Source: Octopus vulgaris
Lineage: Eukaryota
Assembly: GCA_951406725.2 (NCBI GenBank)
Contig: OX597823.1
Coordinates: 26,246,001 to 26,308,000 of the forward strand
Direction: 5' to 3'
DNA: 62,000 bases
Shown here piece by piece: positions 48,900 to 58,942 of this stretch. The position numbers and the translations under genes are program-made. Each line of letters starts with the position of its first letter. Positions within the stretch are counted from its first letter, which is position 1. The notes under the pieces were generated by a model that was given only the letters and a program-made list of their open reading frames with translations, searched no databases and was not told the origin of the DNA.

Positions 48900-49440
48900 T
48901 GCATAGATGGTTGGGTCTTCTGCAACGCTTCACATCTCCAACTAATATGGTTCTTTGTTATTTCTTCAATGAGGTTCAGCATCATGAAATCTACCTCAAT
49001 TCATTGCATATGTCCCTGAGTCTTCCTCTTCCTTAGGTTCTACCTAATTTCAACACCCTGCAGCTGTTAACTTCCATATGCATCACATCTTTATACTAAA
49101 TCCTAGGGCAGTCTTCTTTTTCATATGCTACATTAGATTCCTTGTATATGCAATTTTTCTAATTTCATTTGAATTAGATTGTTCTTACACACTAAAATTA
49201 TACATTCAGCCAGGCATGCTGGCTTCGTTTCTTTGTAGTCATTGTAGGCCCCTTGCATACAGAGTTTATTTCTTACTCCCTTGCAGTTCATACACAAATT
49301 TCATACAATCTGCCTTTTACACTGAGAGAAACAATGTTACCAACAGCAAAAGCAATAGCTTCCTGATCTCTCCAGCTTGTTCTTACTCTGACTACTACAG
49401 TTTGGGAGCAACCACATCTACTGATAATTATGTTACTTAT
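48900..49440 (-). mobile_element. RTE-clade LINE relic
   Basis: Minus-strand translation CGCSQTVVVRVRTSW...SLSVKGRLYEICV, same family as 5.7-6.1 kb. Confidence 0.65.
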
Positions 49441-49611
49441 ATATCAGTAGTTATCAGCTATTTTTAAATCGTAGGGAACCTTCTGGGCATTTGAGAGAAT
49501 GTATTTCCTGTGTACTCTTAGTGTCTGTTGCCTCTGTACATTTGTCACATGAAAAGATTGCTTTCTCCATTAATCTGCCTGTGATTCCACAGCACCTCAT
49601 AGTTATAGAAA

Positions 49612-49719
49612 CAGCGATTAGGAAGAGAATTAGCCTAGATTAGATGCAATTTGGCTTTGTGCCAGGAAGAAGTACTACCAAAGCCAGCTTCCTAGTGAGA
49701 AAACTGCAAGAGAAGTACT
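49612..49719 (+). mobile_element. RTE reverse-transcriptase fragment
   Basis: MQFGFVPGRSTTKASFLVRKLQEKYLA, the typical RTE RT segment around QFGF-x2-GRST. Confidence 0.8.
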
Positions 49720-50029
49720 TAGCTAATGTGTGTGCATGTGTGTGTGTGAATAGTAGCCAAATTTCCCTCAAATCACACTCACCTATCTTACAAAAGGAGA
49801 GAACACATTGGACAATGCAGTTCTAAATATACAAAAAGATGAGATTACATACATATGATATGCAACAAAAGAATACAACAATGTTGTGCATAACAGTCTT
49901 CCTTTATTAAAAAAATAGGATTGACTCATTCATTTTGCTCAAGGGAACTATTTTCTGTTGTTTTTTTATTTTTGTTCTTTTTATTTTTGGTTTCGAATTG
50001 TTACAGACAAGTAAATAATAATAATAAAG

Positions 50030-50349
50030 CAAATAGAACGTTCACTCCCAAATATTGTTATTATCAATAAAGAGGCAAAAGTGTGTTGCTTCATCAATGG
50101 TGCTTGTCCTTTTGATGCAAGGCTGTTAGAAAAAGAATGTGAGAACATAGAAAATACCAATATCTAAACACACTGCAAATAATTTAGAATTGCCTTAAAG
50201 TTATTGATATCCAAATTGTAATAGGAACTGTTGCTGAAAGTTTGAATGGTCAGATGAGGTTGTTGGATATCAAGATGAATTTCCTGACTCTACAGTAATC
50301 ATGTTTGTTTGGTACAGTGAGGACTGTCATAAAGGTGCTAGTTTTCTAA
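50030..50349 (+). mobile_element. Dong/R4 non-LTR fragment A (decayed RLE 3' end)
   Basis: PNIVIINKEAKVCCFINGACPFDARLLEKE (decayed PD...D motif) and LQ*SCLFGTVRTVIKVLVF*; preceded by (AAT)4. Confidence 0.65.
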
Positions 50350-50354
50350 TTTTC

Positions 50355-50613
50355 TAATGTTGTGGGATACAATTTGATACCTGATGATCCAAAACCAGCA
50401 GGAGAACAATGAAATAATGAGGGGATGAAATGATAATAATCATAAAAGTAATAGAACTGTTACAAAAGGTTTGTCTCCTTGGCATGACCAGAATAATCAG
50501 CAAAGTATTAGATAGCTGAAAAGAATGGATAATATGGTACCGTAGGCTGTAGGTAGCAAGCCCACTGCACATGCAAGACTCCGGGAGCTCCAACAAAACT
50601 TGTGATAAAAAGA
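50355..50613 (+). mobile_element. Dong/R4 fragment B (3' end plus UTR)
   Basis: LQKVCLLGMTRIISKVLDS* (stop 50517-50519), 3'UTR, then (AAT)22. Confidence 0.7.

Positions 50614-50679
<66 letters not shown>
50614..50679. repeat. (AAT)22
   Basis: Perfect tract between Dong/R4 copies B and C. Confidence 0.95.
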
Positions 50680-50680
<1 letters not shown>

Positions 50681-51576
50681 GAGCTGGACAATATCTTGCA
50701 CAAAGAAATGAAAGACATCACTGCATATTTCAAGTGCCTCAAACTATTCTTGAAATCAAAACTCAACTCAAGGAACCTTGTGACTGCCATCAACATATGG
50801 GCTGTTGCTGTAGTCTACTATAGTGCACCCGTCCTGAGATGGACACAAATGGAGATTGACCAACTCGATCACATTACACGAAAGACAATGACAATGCATG
50901 GTGCCCTCCACCCTAAGGCAAATGTACACAGGCTCTGTATGAAGAGAGGTAAAGGTGGATGTGGGCTGAATAGCATACAGGAGTGAATCAACAGTGAAAG
51001 ACAAAACATGCCAAAATATTTGGTAAACAGCAAACAAGACCTGTTACAGTATGCTGCTGGTGCAGAAGGAATTAGCAAAAATGAACTTGAGAGTGCTCCT
51101 GAATTCCAATGAAGAACAGCCAATGAGAGAGAAGGAACTCTACTCCTATGGAATTACATGGTCAGTTCCACTGTGAAACCAACAAATTAAAAGACCAGGA
51201 AGCATGGAGGTAGCTCAACAAGGGTGACCTAAAAAAGAAGACTAAAAGCCTAATCATCACTGCCCAGGACCAGGCATTGAATACCAACACAGTGAAAAAG
51301 AATATACACCACACAAGTGCATCGGACCTCTGCAGAATGTGTGGGAAGAGGGTCGAAAGCCTGACTTACATTGTTAGTGCTTGTGAAAGTCTTGTGCAGA
51401 AAGAGTACAAGCTTAGACATGACAAGGTACCCCAAAACCTCCACTGGCTACTATGCCGTAAGTATGGATATGAGGTTACAGGTGCTTGGTACCAACATAC
51501 ACCAGAAAAGGTAATGGACGAAAAGAGGAAGGCAAAATTCCTCTGGGACTACCCACATAAATTCAATCAAGAATAA
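50680..51576 (+). mobile_element. Dong/R4 fragment C (RT thumb to zinc knuckle; stops and frameshifts)
   Basis: FLKSKLNSRNLVTAINIWAVAVVYYS...ALHPKANVHRLCMKRGKGGCGL; AQDQALNT...CRMCGKRVESLTYIVSAC...RHDKV...FLWDY. Confidence 0.85.
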
Positions 51577-51670
51577 GAACGAACCCGAGTCAAATCACAA
51601 ATAATAATAATAACAACAACAACAACATCAATAATAATAATAATCGTAATAATAATGATAATAATAATAG

Positions 51671-52970
51671 CTGCTGAGTTGTAATAGGATGCACCACCCA
51701 AAGGCAGACGTAGATCGCCTTTACCTTCCCAGAGCCCAAGGAGGTCAAGGCCTGATCCAATTTGAACTAGCTTACAAAACAACCACAATTGGACTGGCCA
51801 AATATCTCGAAATATATTGAATGACTGGATGCTAAAGCTCGTGGAAAATCACGAGAGACGAAAGAAGCTTCATTCTATTATAAAGGAAAGCAAAAAATTT
51901 GCTATTGATCTCGTGCAGGATACCCAAACAGAACAACCCGAGGGAAGTACGGCAATTATTGTTGCAAAGAAGGTGAAAATAATGGCAACGAAAAAAGCGC
52001 ACGAGCAATTGGCTGATAGGTGGGAGGAGAAACCTCTGCACGGCAAATATGTGACCCGCAGCAAACAAGCTGATGTTGACCAGAAGCAAACCCATCAGTG
52101 GCTACGGAGCTCAGGGCTAAAAGCAGAGAGTGAAGGTTTCATCCTGGCTGCTCAAGATCAAAGCCTATTAACCCGGAACTACCAGGCCAATGTGATGAAA
52201 AATGGAGCAGACCCAAAATGCCGATTCTGCAACGACATGATTGAAACAGTGGACCACCTAATCTCTGGATGTAAAGTCTTAGCTCCAGTGGAGTATAAAT
52301 TAAGACATGACAGAGTTGGCCAATATCTACACTGGCTAATAAGTCGGCATTACAATATCAAAACTGCTGACAAGTGGTATAATCACCACCCTGAGGCTGT
52401 AACTGAAGGAGAAAATGTAACCATTCTGTGGGACTTTCCAGTACATACAGACCGAACCATCAAGGCCAATAAACCAGATATTGTTGTGAAAGACCAAAAC
52501 AATAAAGTTTGCTTATTGATCGACATGAGCATCCCCTGTGATCATAATATCTCAGCGAAAGAGTTTGACAAGCTCAGAAAATATAAAGACCTACTCATTG
52601 AAATTGAGAAAATGTGGCATCTCAAGGCGGTTACAATACCAGTGATCGTAGGAGCACTAGGAATGATCAAGAAGGGAACCGAAAATTATATGAGAATGAT
52701 CCCTGGCTTACCATCCCTGCAAGAAGTGCAAAAGATTGTCTTAACTGGTACATCACACGTATTGAGAAGAGCATTGTCGATGTGAGAACTGTTGCTGCTC
52801 ATGTATTTTAATTTAACTTAAAAAAAAAAATAAATAAAAAATAAAAAAAATGAACAAACTATTGAGTTTGGTTTAATGGCCTACCAATGTATACTATGAG
52901 TTTCTTTGCCCTAGGAGTCGGGAAGACACTCGGCAAGAAATGGAAGCAAATTTGAAAGAAGAAAAAAAAA
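51671..52970 (+). mobile_element. Dong/R4 fragment D: youngest copy, 5'-truncated, with 3'UTR
   Basis: MHHPKADVDRLYLPRAQGGQGL, one frameshift near 51815, then a 322-codon open frame to the stop at 52785; flanked by (AAT)n on both sides. Confidence 0.9.
51817..52785 (+). CDS. Open frame of copy D: linker, CCHC zinc knuckle and PD-(D/E)xK restriction-like endonuclease (no RT; probably not expressed)
   Basis: CRFC-x8-H-x4-C knuckle; YKLRHDRV; WDFPVHTDRTIKANKPDIVVKDQNNKVCLLIDMSIP; KEFDKLRKYKDL; C-terminus QKIVLTGTSHVLRRALSM. Confidence 0.7.
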   Translation: MNDWMLKLVENHERRKKLHSIIKESKKFAIDLVQDTQTEQPEGSTAIIVAKKVKIMATKKAHEQLADRWEEKPLHGKYVTRSKQADVDQKQTHQWLRSSGLKAESEGFILAAQDQSLLTRNYQANVMKNGADPKCRFCNDMIETVDHLISGCKVLAPVEYKLRHDRVGQYLHWLISRHYNIKTADKWYNHHPEAVTEGENVTILWDFPVHTDRTIKANKPDIVVKDQNNKVCLLIDMSIPCDHNISAKEFDKLRKYKDLLIEIEKMWHLKAVTIPVIVGALGMIKKGTENYMRMIPGLPSLQEVQKIVLTGTSHVLRRALSM

Positions 52971-52974
52971 AGTA

Positions 52975-53009
<35 letters not shown>

Positions 53010-53010
53010 A

Positions 53011-53292
53011 GCTCAGATATCAGGAAACCCCAAAATGGCAAAAATTCAAAAGATAGTGCTCATGGGAACTGCCCATATCCTACGTAAAATACTGTCTATG
53101 TAATTTCAGATTTCAAAACAAACATAATTTTCTTATGGATTCTTGGACATTCTCTAGAACAACACTATGTACAAAACCAAATATATGACACCCTAGGCAT
53201 AACACTAACATGAACTTCTAACTTGTCTCTTGAGGTCTCTGGGTGAGACTTAGAGCCAACTTGTACAAATACAAAGCAAAAGTCAAACATAA
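53011..53292 (+). mobile_element. Dong/R4 fragment E (last 30 codons plus 3'UTR)
   Basis: AQISGNPKMAKIQKIVLMGTAHILRKILSM* (stop 53101-53103); (AAT)n on both sides. Confidence 0.85.
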
Positions 53293-53308
53293 AATAATAA
53301 TAATGATA

Positions 53309-53387
<79 letters not shown>

Positions 53388-53403
53388 TAATAATAATAAT
53401 AAT
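53293..53403. repeat. (AAT/GAT)37
   Basis: Tract between Dong E and an inverted SINE-B. Confidence 0.95.
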
Positions 53404-53828
53404 GGTTTCAAATTTTGGCTCAAGGCCAGTGGTTTTGAGCAAGAAGAATAGTAAAATACATCAACCCAGTTATCAATTGGTATTTATTTTATCAACCCCA
53501 GGAGGATGAAAAACAAGGTCAACCTTGGCAGAATTTGAACTCAGAATGTTAAGTCAGAAGAAATACTGTTAAACATTTTGTTTAGCATGCTAATGATTCA
53601 TATTTCTTTATCGGCCACAAGGGGCTAAACATAGAGGGGACAAAGACAGACAAAGGGATGAAGTCAATTACATTGACCCTAGTGCAGAACTGGTACTTAA
53701 TTTATCGAACACCAAAAGGATGAAAGGCAAAGTTGACCTCGGCAGAACTTAAACTCAGAACATAAAGACAGACGAAATACTGCTAAGTATTTTGCTCAGC
53801 GTGCTAATGATTCTGCCATCTCACCGCC
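53404..53828 (-). mobile_element. Two tandem SINE-B copies
   Basis: Plus strand GGATGAAA...AATTTGAACTCAGAA twice; second copy ends GCTAATGATTCTGCCATCTCACCGCC. Confidence 0.8.
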
Positions 53829-53859
53829 TTTTCCAGCTCACCGCCTGGATTCTGCTAGT

Positions 53860-54396
53860 GATCTAAGTGCAGACATGACTGTGTAGGCAAACAATTGCAT
53901 TAGGATGTTAGATGAGTGTGTGACTTCAAAACAATAGAAAAGTGGTGTGAACATGAAACAAAAGCTATGATAGAAAATGAGAATTACATAATCTTGTGGG
54001 ACTTCACCATACGTTTGAGGCAAGAAGACCAAACATGATTATAGAGGACAAAATAAACAGTGTAAGATCATAGTGTAATTTCCTATGATAGCAGGGTCAA
54101 TACCAAAGAAAATAAAGAAATTGAGAAATATCGGGATTTTGTCAGAGAGCTTGAGGAGACTATGGAAGACCAAGACAACAATTATTTCTGTAGTAATCAG
54201 TGCACTTGGCACAACACCCAAAATGTTGCCTAAAAAAACTGAAGAAAATTGGAATTGAAACTTGTATTGTTGGCCTGCAGAGAACTACTGTCCTATATTC
54301 TGCAAGAATCCTAAGAAATATTCCTGAGATTTGAGGAGACTTGTCACCAAACCTCAAGATAAAATAACTGCTAACTAAATTAGCATATCCTAGCGA
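53860..54396 (+). mobile_element. Dong/R4 fragment F
   Basis: RHDCVGK, ENENYIILWDFTI, EIEKYRDFVREL, VVISALGTTPK, LQRTTVLYSARILRNIPEI*; followed by (AAT)22. Confidence 0.8.

Positions 54397-54462
<66 letters not shown>
54397..54462. repeat. (AAT)22
   Basis: Perfect tract between Dong F and an inverted SINE-B. Confidence 0.95.
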
Positions 54463-54678
54463 CCTTTCTACTATAAGCACAAAGGCAGCAATTTTGGGGA
54501 AGGGGGTTAAGTCAATTATATCAACCCCAGTATGCAACTGGTACTTAATTTATCGACCCTGAAAGGATGAAAGGCAAAGTCAATCTCGGTTGAATTTGAG
54601 CTCAGAACGTAGCAGCAGATGAAATACAGCTAAGCATTTCACCCAACGTGCTAATGATACTGCCAGCTTACTGCCTAA
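54463..54678 (-). mobile_element. SINE-B copy
   Basis: Plus strand CCTTTCTACTATAAGCACAAAGG...GGATGAAAGGCAAAGTC...GCTAATGATACTGCCAGCTTAC. Confidence 0.85.
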
Positions 54679-54719
54679 TTATGGAGAGTTAAAGAGAAAA
54701 GAGAGTTGAAGAGAAAAGA

Positions 54720-55760
54720 AAGTCTACTGGAAAGGAGAAACCATGGTCAATTTGAAAGAAATTCATAGGATATCAAGGATAAAACAGCACCATGGATTTA
54801 GCAAGGTGGTTTGAAGTGTACCCCTGAAAGCTTGAAAATTGTAGCTCAAGACCAAACTTTTGCTACCAATTAGGTGAAGTGAAGCATCTACAAAACCTCT
54901 GACACCCAGAAATGCAGACTCTATGTAAAGAATGTGGAAAATGTAAGCCACTTGATAAGTGGATATGAGAGCTGTGGTGTATGCGAGAGATTAGAAATAA
55001 AGGCACCTACCTTCTCTTCACTCAGATGGAGACCCTTCAGCGGTAACGGATCCTTCAACACAGCCCGACCCGAACGCTAGAAATAGCAGCTGCTTCTCCC
55101 AACATTAACAACTGGGTGACCGGCCTCGAAAAAGGCAGAATCCTGCCCTCACTGCGCGCATGTCACTGCTGCCCCTTCCGGTCAGCCCCAAGTTCCAATC
55201 AGCTCCCCAGCTGCTGACGACATCCCACAAGAGCCTTGCAAAAAAGGAATGCAAATACTGCCATGAAAAAGTCTGTTTGTATCTTCTTTGGCTTTTATAT
55301 CAAAAACACCAATATAAAGTAATAGAGAATTGGTATCAGTATGTGCCTTGTAAAGTAAGGCAGGAGGATGAGAAAGCAACGATATTCTGGGATTATGATT
55401 TTCTGACTGAGAGAGTAATGGAGCATTGCTGACCGGGCATTATCATATTGGACAAGAAAGACAAATACTGTCAAATCATTGATGTAGCCATATGAAATGA
55501 CAAGAATATTGCAAGTAAAGAGGTTGAATTGGAAGTGGAGATGGCAAGACTGTTTGAAACGTGAGGGGATAATGTAAATGTGATACCAGTTGTGATCAGG
55601 GCATTAGGGTCAATCCCATTGAAACTTCAGAATATCTTTAAAGTGGTTTGGAATACATTGCAACAATGGTGTCATACAACAGTCAGCCTTGTTAGGGTAC
55701 TGCACACATTTTAAGGGAAGTATTATCTGTCTAAGGTCCGTGCTTCATTGCATGAAAAAA
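54720..55760 (+). mobile_element. Dong/R4 fragment G, interrupted by a solo LTR
   Basis: AQDQTFATN...CRLY...SHLISGYES | LAKKECKYCHEKV...IFWDYDF...CQIIDVAI...GTAHILREVLSV*. Confidence 0.8.
54973..55229. mobile_element. Solo LTR, 257 bp
   Basis: Begins TGTGG and ends CCACA; 5-bp TSD AGAGC (54968-54972 and 55230-55234); removing it restores the host reading frame; GC-rich with a CCAAT box at 55195. Confidence 0.8.
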
Positions 55761-55811
55761 TGGTGGTGGTGGTGGTGGTGGTGGTGAGGTGGCAAAGAAG
55801 AAGAAGAAGAA

Positions 55812-56600
55812 GAAGAAATGGAGAGAAAAACCATGGTCAATACTTGAGAAGGCTTGACAGGGGAGTAAGCCCAAAGTGAAAGTCAACAATGGCACAAAAG
55901 CTTCAGACTAAAAGTGGAAGCAGAACTGCTGATTCTCACTGCAAAAGACCAATGCCAGACCACAAACAGTTATAAAAACAAAATAATCGTAAAAGGAACC
56001 TAACAGCAAATGCAGAATGTTCAACCATCACAATGGCTGACCATATCAATCTGAGTAAACATATTGACATACAGACACACAGACTGGGCAATTTGTCTTT
56101 ACTTCAATACAGAAACAGACAAGAAGTGGTATAAACATGTAGCAAACATAATGCATGACAAAGAGCTGGTTACAGTCATCTGGGATATACCTGTCCAAAC
56201 TAACAAAGACATCAAGGAAAACTGTTCACACATAATAATGAAGAGGTTGAAAAAAAAAAACTGGTTCACACTGATAGACATTGCAGTCTCTTCAGAGAAA
56301 AATGTTACTTGAAAAGAAATCCAGGAAAACCTGTCAAAATACAAGGATCTTGAAATTAAAATATTCAAGTTGGAGAGACGATGGTGAAAAATAAATGAAG
56401 CATTAAGTATAATAAAAAAAAATATGAACTAATTCATTGAATTCATACCTGAGCTCACAGCTCTACACATTTATCCAAAAAATAACTCTGCTATGAACAG
56501 CTCACATTCTGCACAAAACATTATCAATTCAATAACACAGTTCATATAGAACAATCTTCACACACAACATACAATAAACAGCTAATAAAGTAAACCACCT
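55812..56600 (+). mobile_element. Dong/R4 fragment H (decayed)
   Basis: HGQY, LILTAKDQ, KWYKHV, VIWDIPVQTNKDIK, LIDIAVSSEKN, SKYKDLEI, QKITLL*TAHILHKTLSIQ*. Confidence 0.75.
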
Positions 56601-56918
56601 GATTCACATTACACATGCCACACACAACAGAATAGATATTAATATGACACAAGAAACAACAAATTGAAATCTATAACAAAATAAACTGATGTAGTGCATT
56701 AACAGGAGAAGCAAAAAGCTGTTTGTTGTTTGATAGACAAAAAGATTATTATCTTGTTCTGAAACATGTAAGTGTTGGTGACAGAAAGGGTATCTAGCCA
56801 TTGAAAATCTTCCTCAACGAACTATTCCACCTGACACATGCAAGCATTGAAAAGTGGATGATAATGGCGATGATGATGGTAATGATGTGTGTTTGTGAGC
56901 TGTGTGTAAGCATTTTAA

Positions 56919-57137
56919 CCCTTTCATTACCAACCCGGCTGAAACCGGCTCTGGCTCTGAGTTCAAATGTCTTGTTTTCATAAGCTTTGAATTAAAATCT
57001 TCCACCAAACCTAAGTCAAAATTTATGTTCCTAACACTAGATTAATGATAACTAAGTTATCTTACTAAATTCTTTGTTAATTTAAAGTAATTGAAAGAAA
57101 CACTGAACATCTCAAAATAAATACAGTAATGAAAGGG
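56919..57137. mobile_element. piggyBac-type MITE, 219 bp
   Basis: Perfect 12-bp TIR CCCTTTCATTAC / GTAATGAAAGGG with TTAA on both sides (56915-56918 and 57138-57141). Confidence 0.9.
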
Positions 57138-58139
57138 TTAAGAGTGAAACTGGCAGATAAGGAGGCGAAACTGGTAGATGACGAAAAGGCAGCTAGACTG
57201 AAGGAGATATTTGGAAGTAGAATGGAAAATACACAATTATGGTTCAAATACGACGAATTAACACCTGTGGTAAGTTTTGAAGATCTTATAGGTTTTTTGA
57301 TATAAAAAAGAAAAGATACTAACTGAATTGTAAAAACAGTAAAATGGAAGTTTCTACTTTGTTGGGTAGAAAGCCATTTCATTGTCATAATTCTTCATAC
57401 CTCATAACTCATTTGTTAATTATTATATGTACCCCACGTTTGTGTTGTCTGTCCATGTAGTGTCCCTTCTATATATAAGGCTTCATGCCTTTAATAAAGA
57501 AATATGTGTATAAGCACTTGTGTGTATGTGTGTGTGCGTGTGCATGTGTGTGGAAGTGCGTGCATGCACACGCACGTGCTTGTGTGTGTGTAGGTGAAAA
57601 GTTGTTGACTTAAGTGTTCATTATTTGTAGTTTCATAGGTATGTGAAATACATGTTCAATCATCTAATCATTCAGATGTCCATCATAAAACTTAGGGCAG
57701 ACATTTAACAATTAAACATATATGAACTTCCAAGTACTGAACACTTTATTTGAAAACTATTCTTCTATGAATATAAAATTCCACTTCATGCACTGCATTC
57801 TCATTTCTGTTGTCTGGACATTTAAATGTATAAAATGTAAGTGTTGTAAGGACATGAGTAGCAGAGTAGGTCATGTATTAGACAATCTAGTAAGAGGTGC
57901 GTGGTATCCTGTCACATATACAGCATTATAAAGTCAATGACCAAGATGCTTAACTCTGAATAGGATCAGTCCATGTAGCTGAAATTAGGAGGCTTGTAGC
58001 AACTTGTTATTCATATAAAAAGCACAAGTCATCACATGTGAGTGAGTGTGGTGTGGTAACACCTATCATGCTGTCATTGATTGTTTCAGATGTCTGTAAA
58101 AATCATAGGGACCCCTTACTTTTGATCCTACAGAACATC

Positions 58140-58315
58140 TAAGATGTGACAAGTGGAAAGACATGGGGCTGCACCAACCCCTGGCTGGTATTCTTTATAG
58201 TTGAATGAATTGGAGCATTATGAAATGAAAGGTTTTGCTTAAGAACACAATGCAGTGCTTATTCCAGGAATTGAAATCATGACTTTATGGACATGAGCTG
58301 AATACTGAAACCACT
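58140..58315 (-). mobile_element. Degenerate SINE-C copy
   Basis: GGAGCATTATGAAATGAAAGGTTTTGCTTAAGAACACAA...CCAGGAATTGAAATC resembles 41280-41350. Confidence 0.6.
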
Positions 58316-58379
58316 GAAAGGCATTCTAGCCATGACCATACCATTTTTGTTAATGATATTCTGTTATTTTATTATTTTA

Positions 58380-58720
58380 TCCTTTCATTCTTTTAGTCAG
58401 TTAACTGTGGCCATGCTGAAGCACCACCTTGAAGGATGTTAGTCAAACAAATTGAGCCCAGGACTTATTTTTTAAGCCTAGTACTTATTCCATCAGTCTC
58501 TTTTGCCAAACCGCTAATGTACGGAGACCTAAACACACCAGTACCAGTTGTCAAGTGATGATGGGGTGGGGAGGCAAACACAGACACAAAGACACACACA
58601 CACAGCTATGTATGTATGTATGTATGTATGTATGTATGTATGTATGTATGTATGTATGTATATATATATACACACATACATACACACATACATACATACA
58701 TACATACATACATACATACA

Positions 58721-58751
<31 letters not shown>

Positions 58752-58942
58752 GTATGTGTGTGTGTGTGTGTGTGTGTGTGACAAGCTTCTTTCAGTTTCT
58801 GTCTACCAAATCCATTCACAAGACTTTGGTCAATCTGAGGCTACAGTAGAAGACGCCTGCCCAATGTACCATGCAGTGGGATTGAACATGGAACCATGTG
58901 GTTGGGAAGCAAGCTTCTTACCACACAGCTACACCTGTGCCT
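58380..58942 (-). mobile_element. SINE-A with an expanded palindromic (TATG)n-(TA)n-(CATA)n tract
   Basis: Family head, core and tail flank the 58607-58780 microsatellite. Confidence 0.85.

Noticed and set aside
50614-50986. Fusion of poly-Asn with downstream sequence as a real protein
   Set aside because: The poly-N comes from the (AAT)22 target tract, and the downstream frame is a broken retrotransposon fragment
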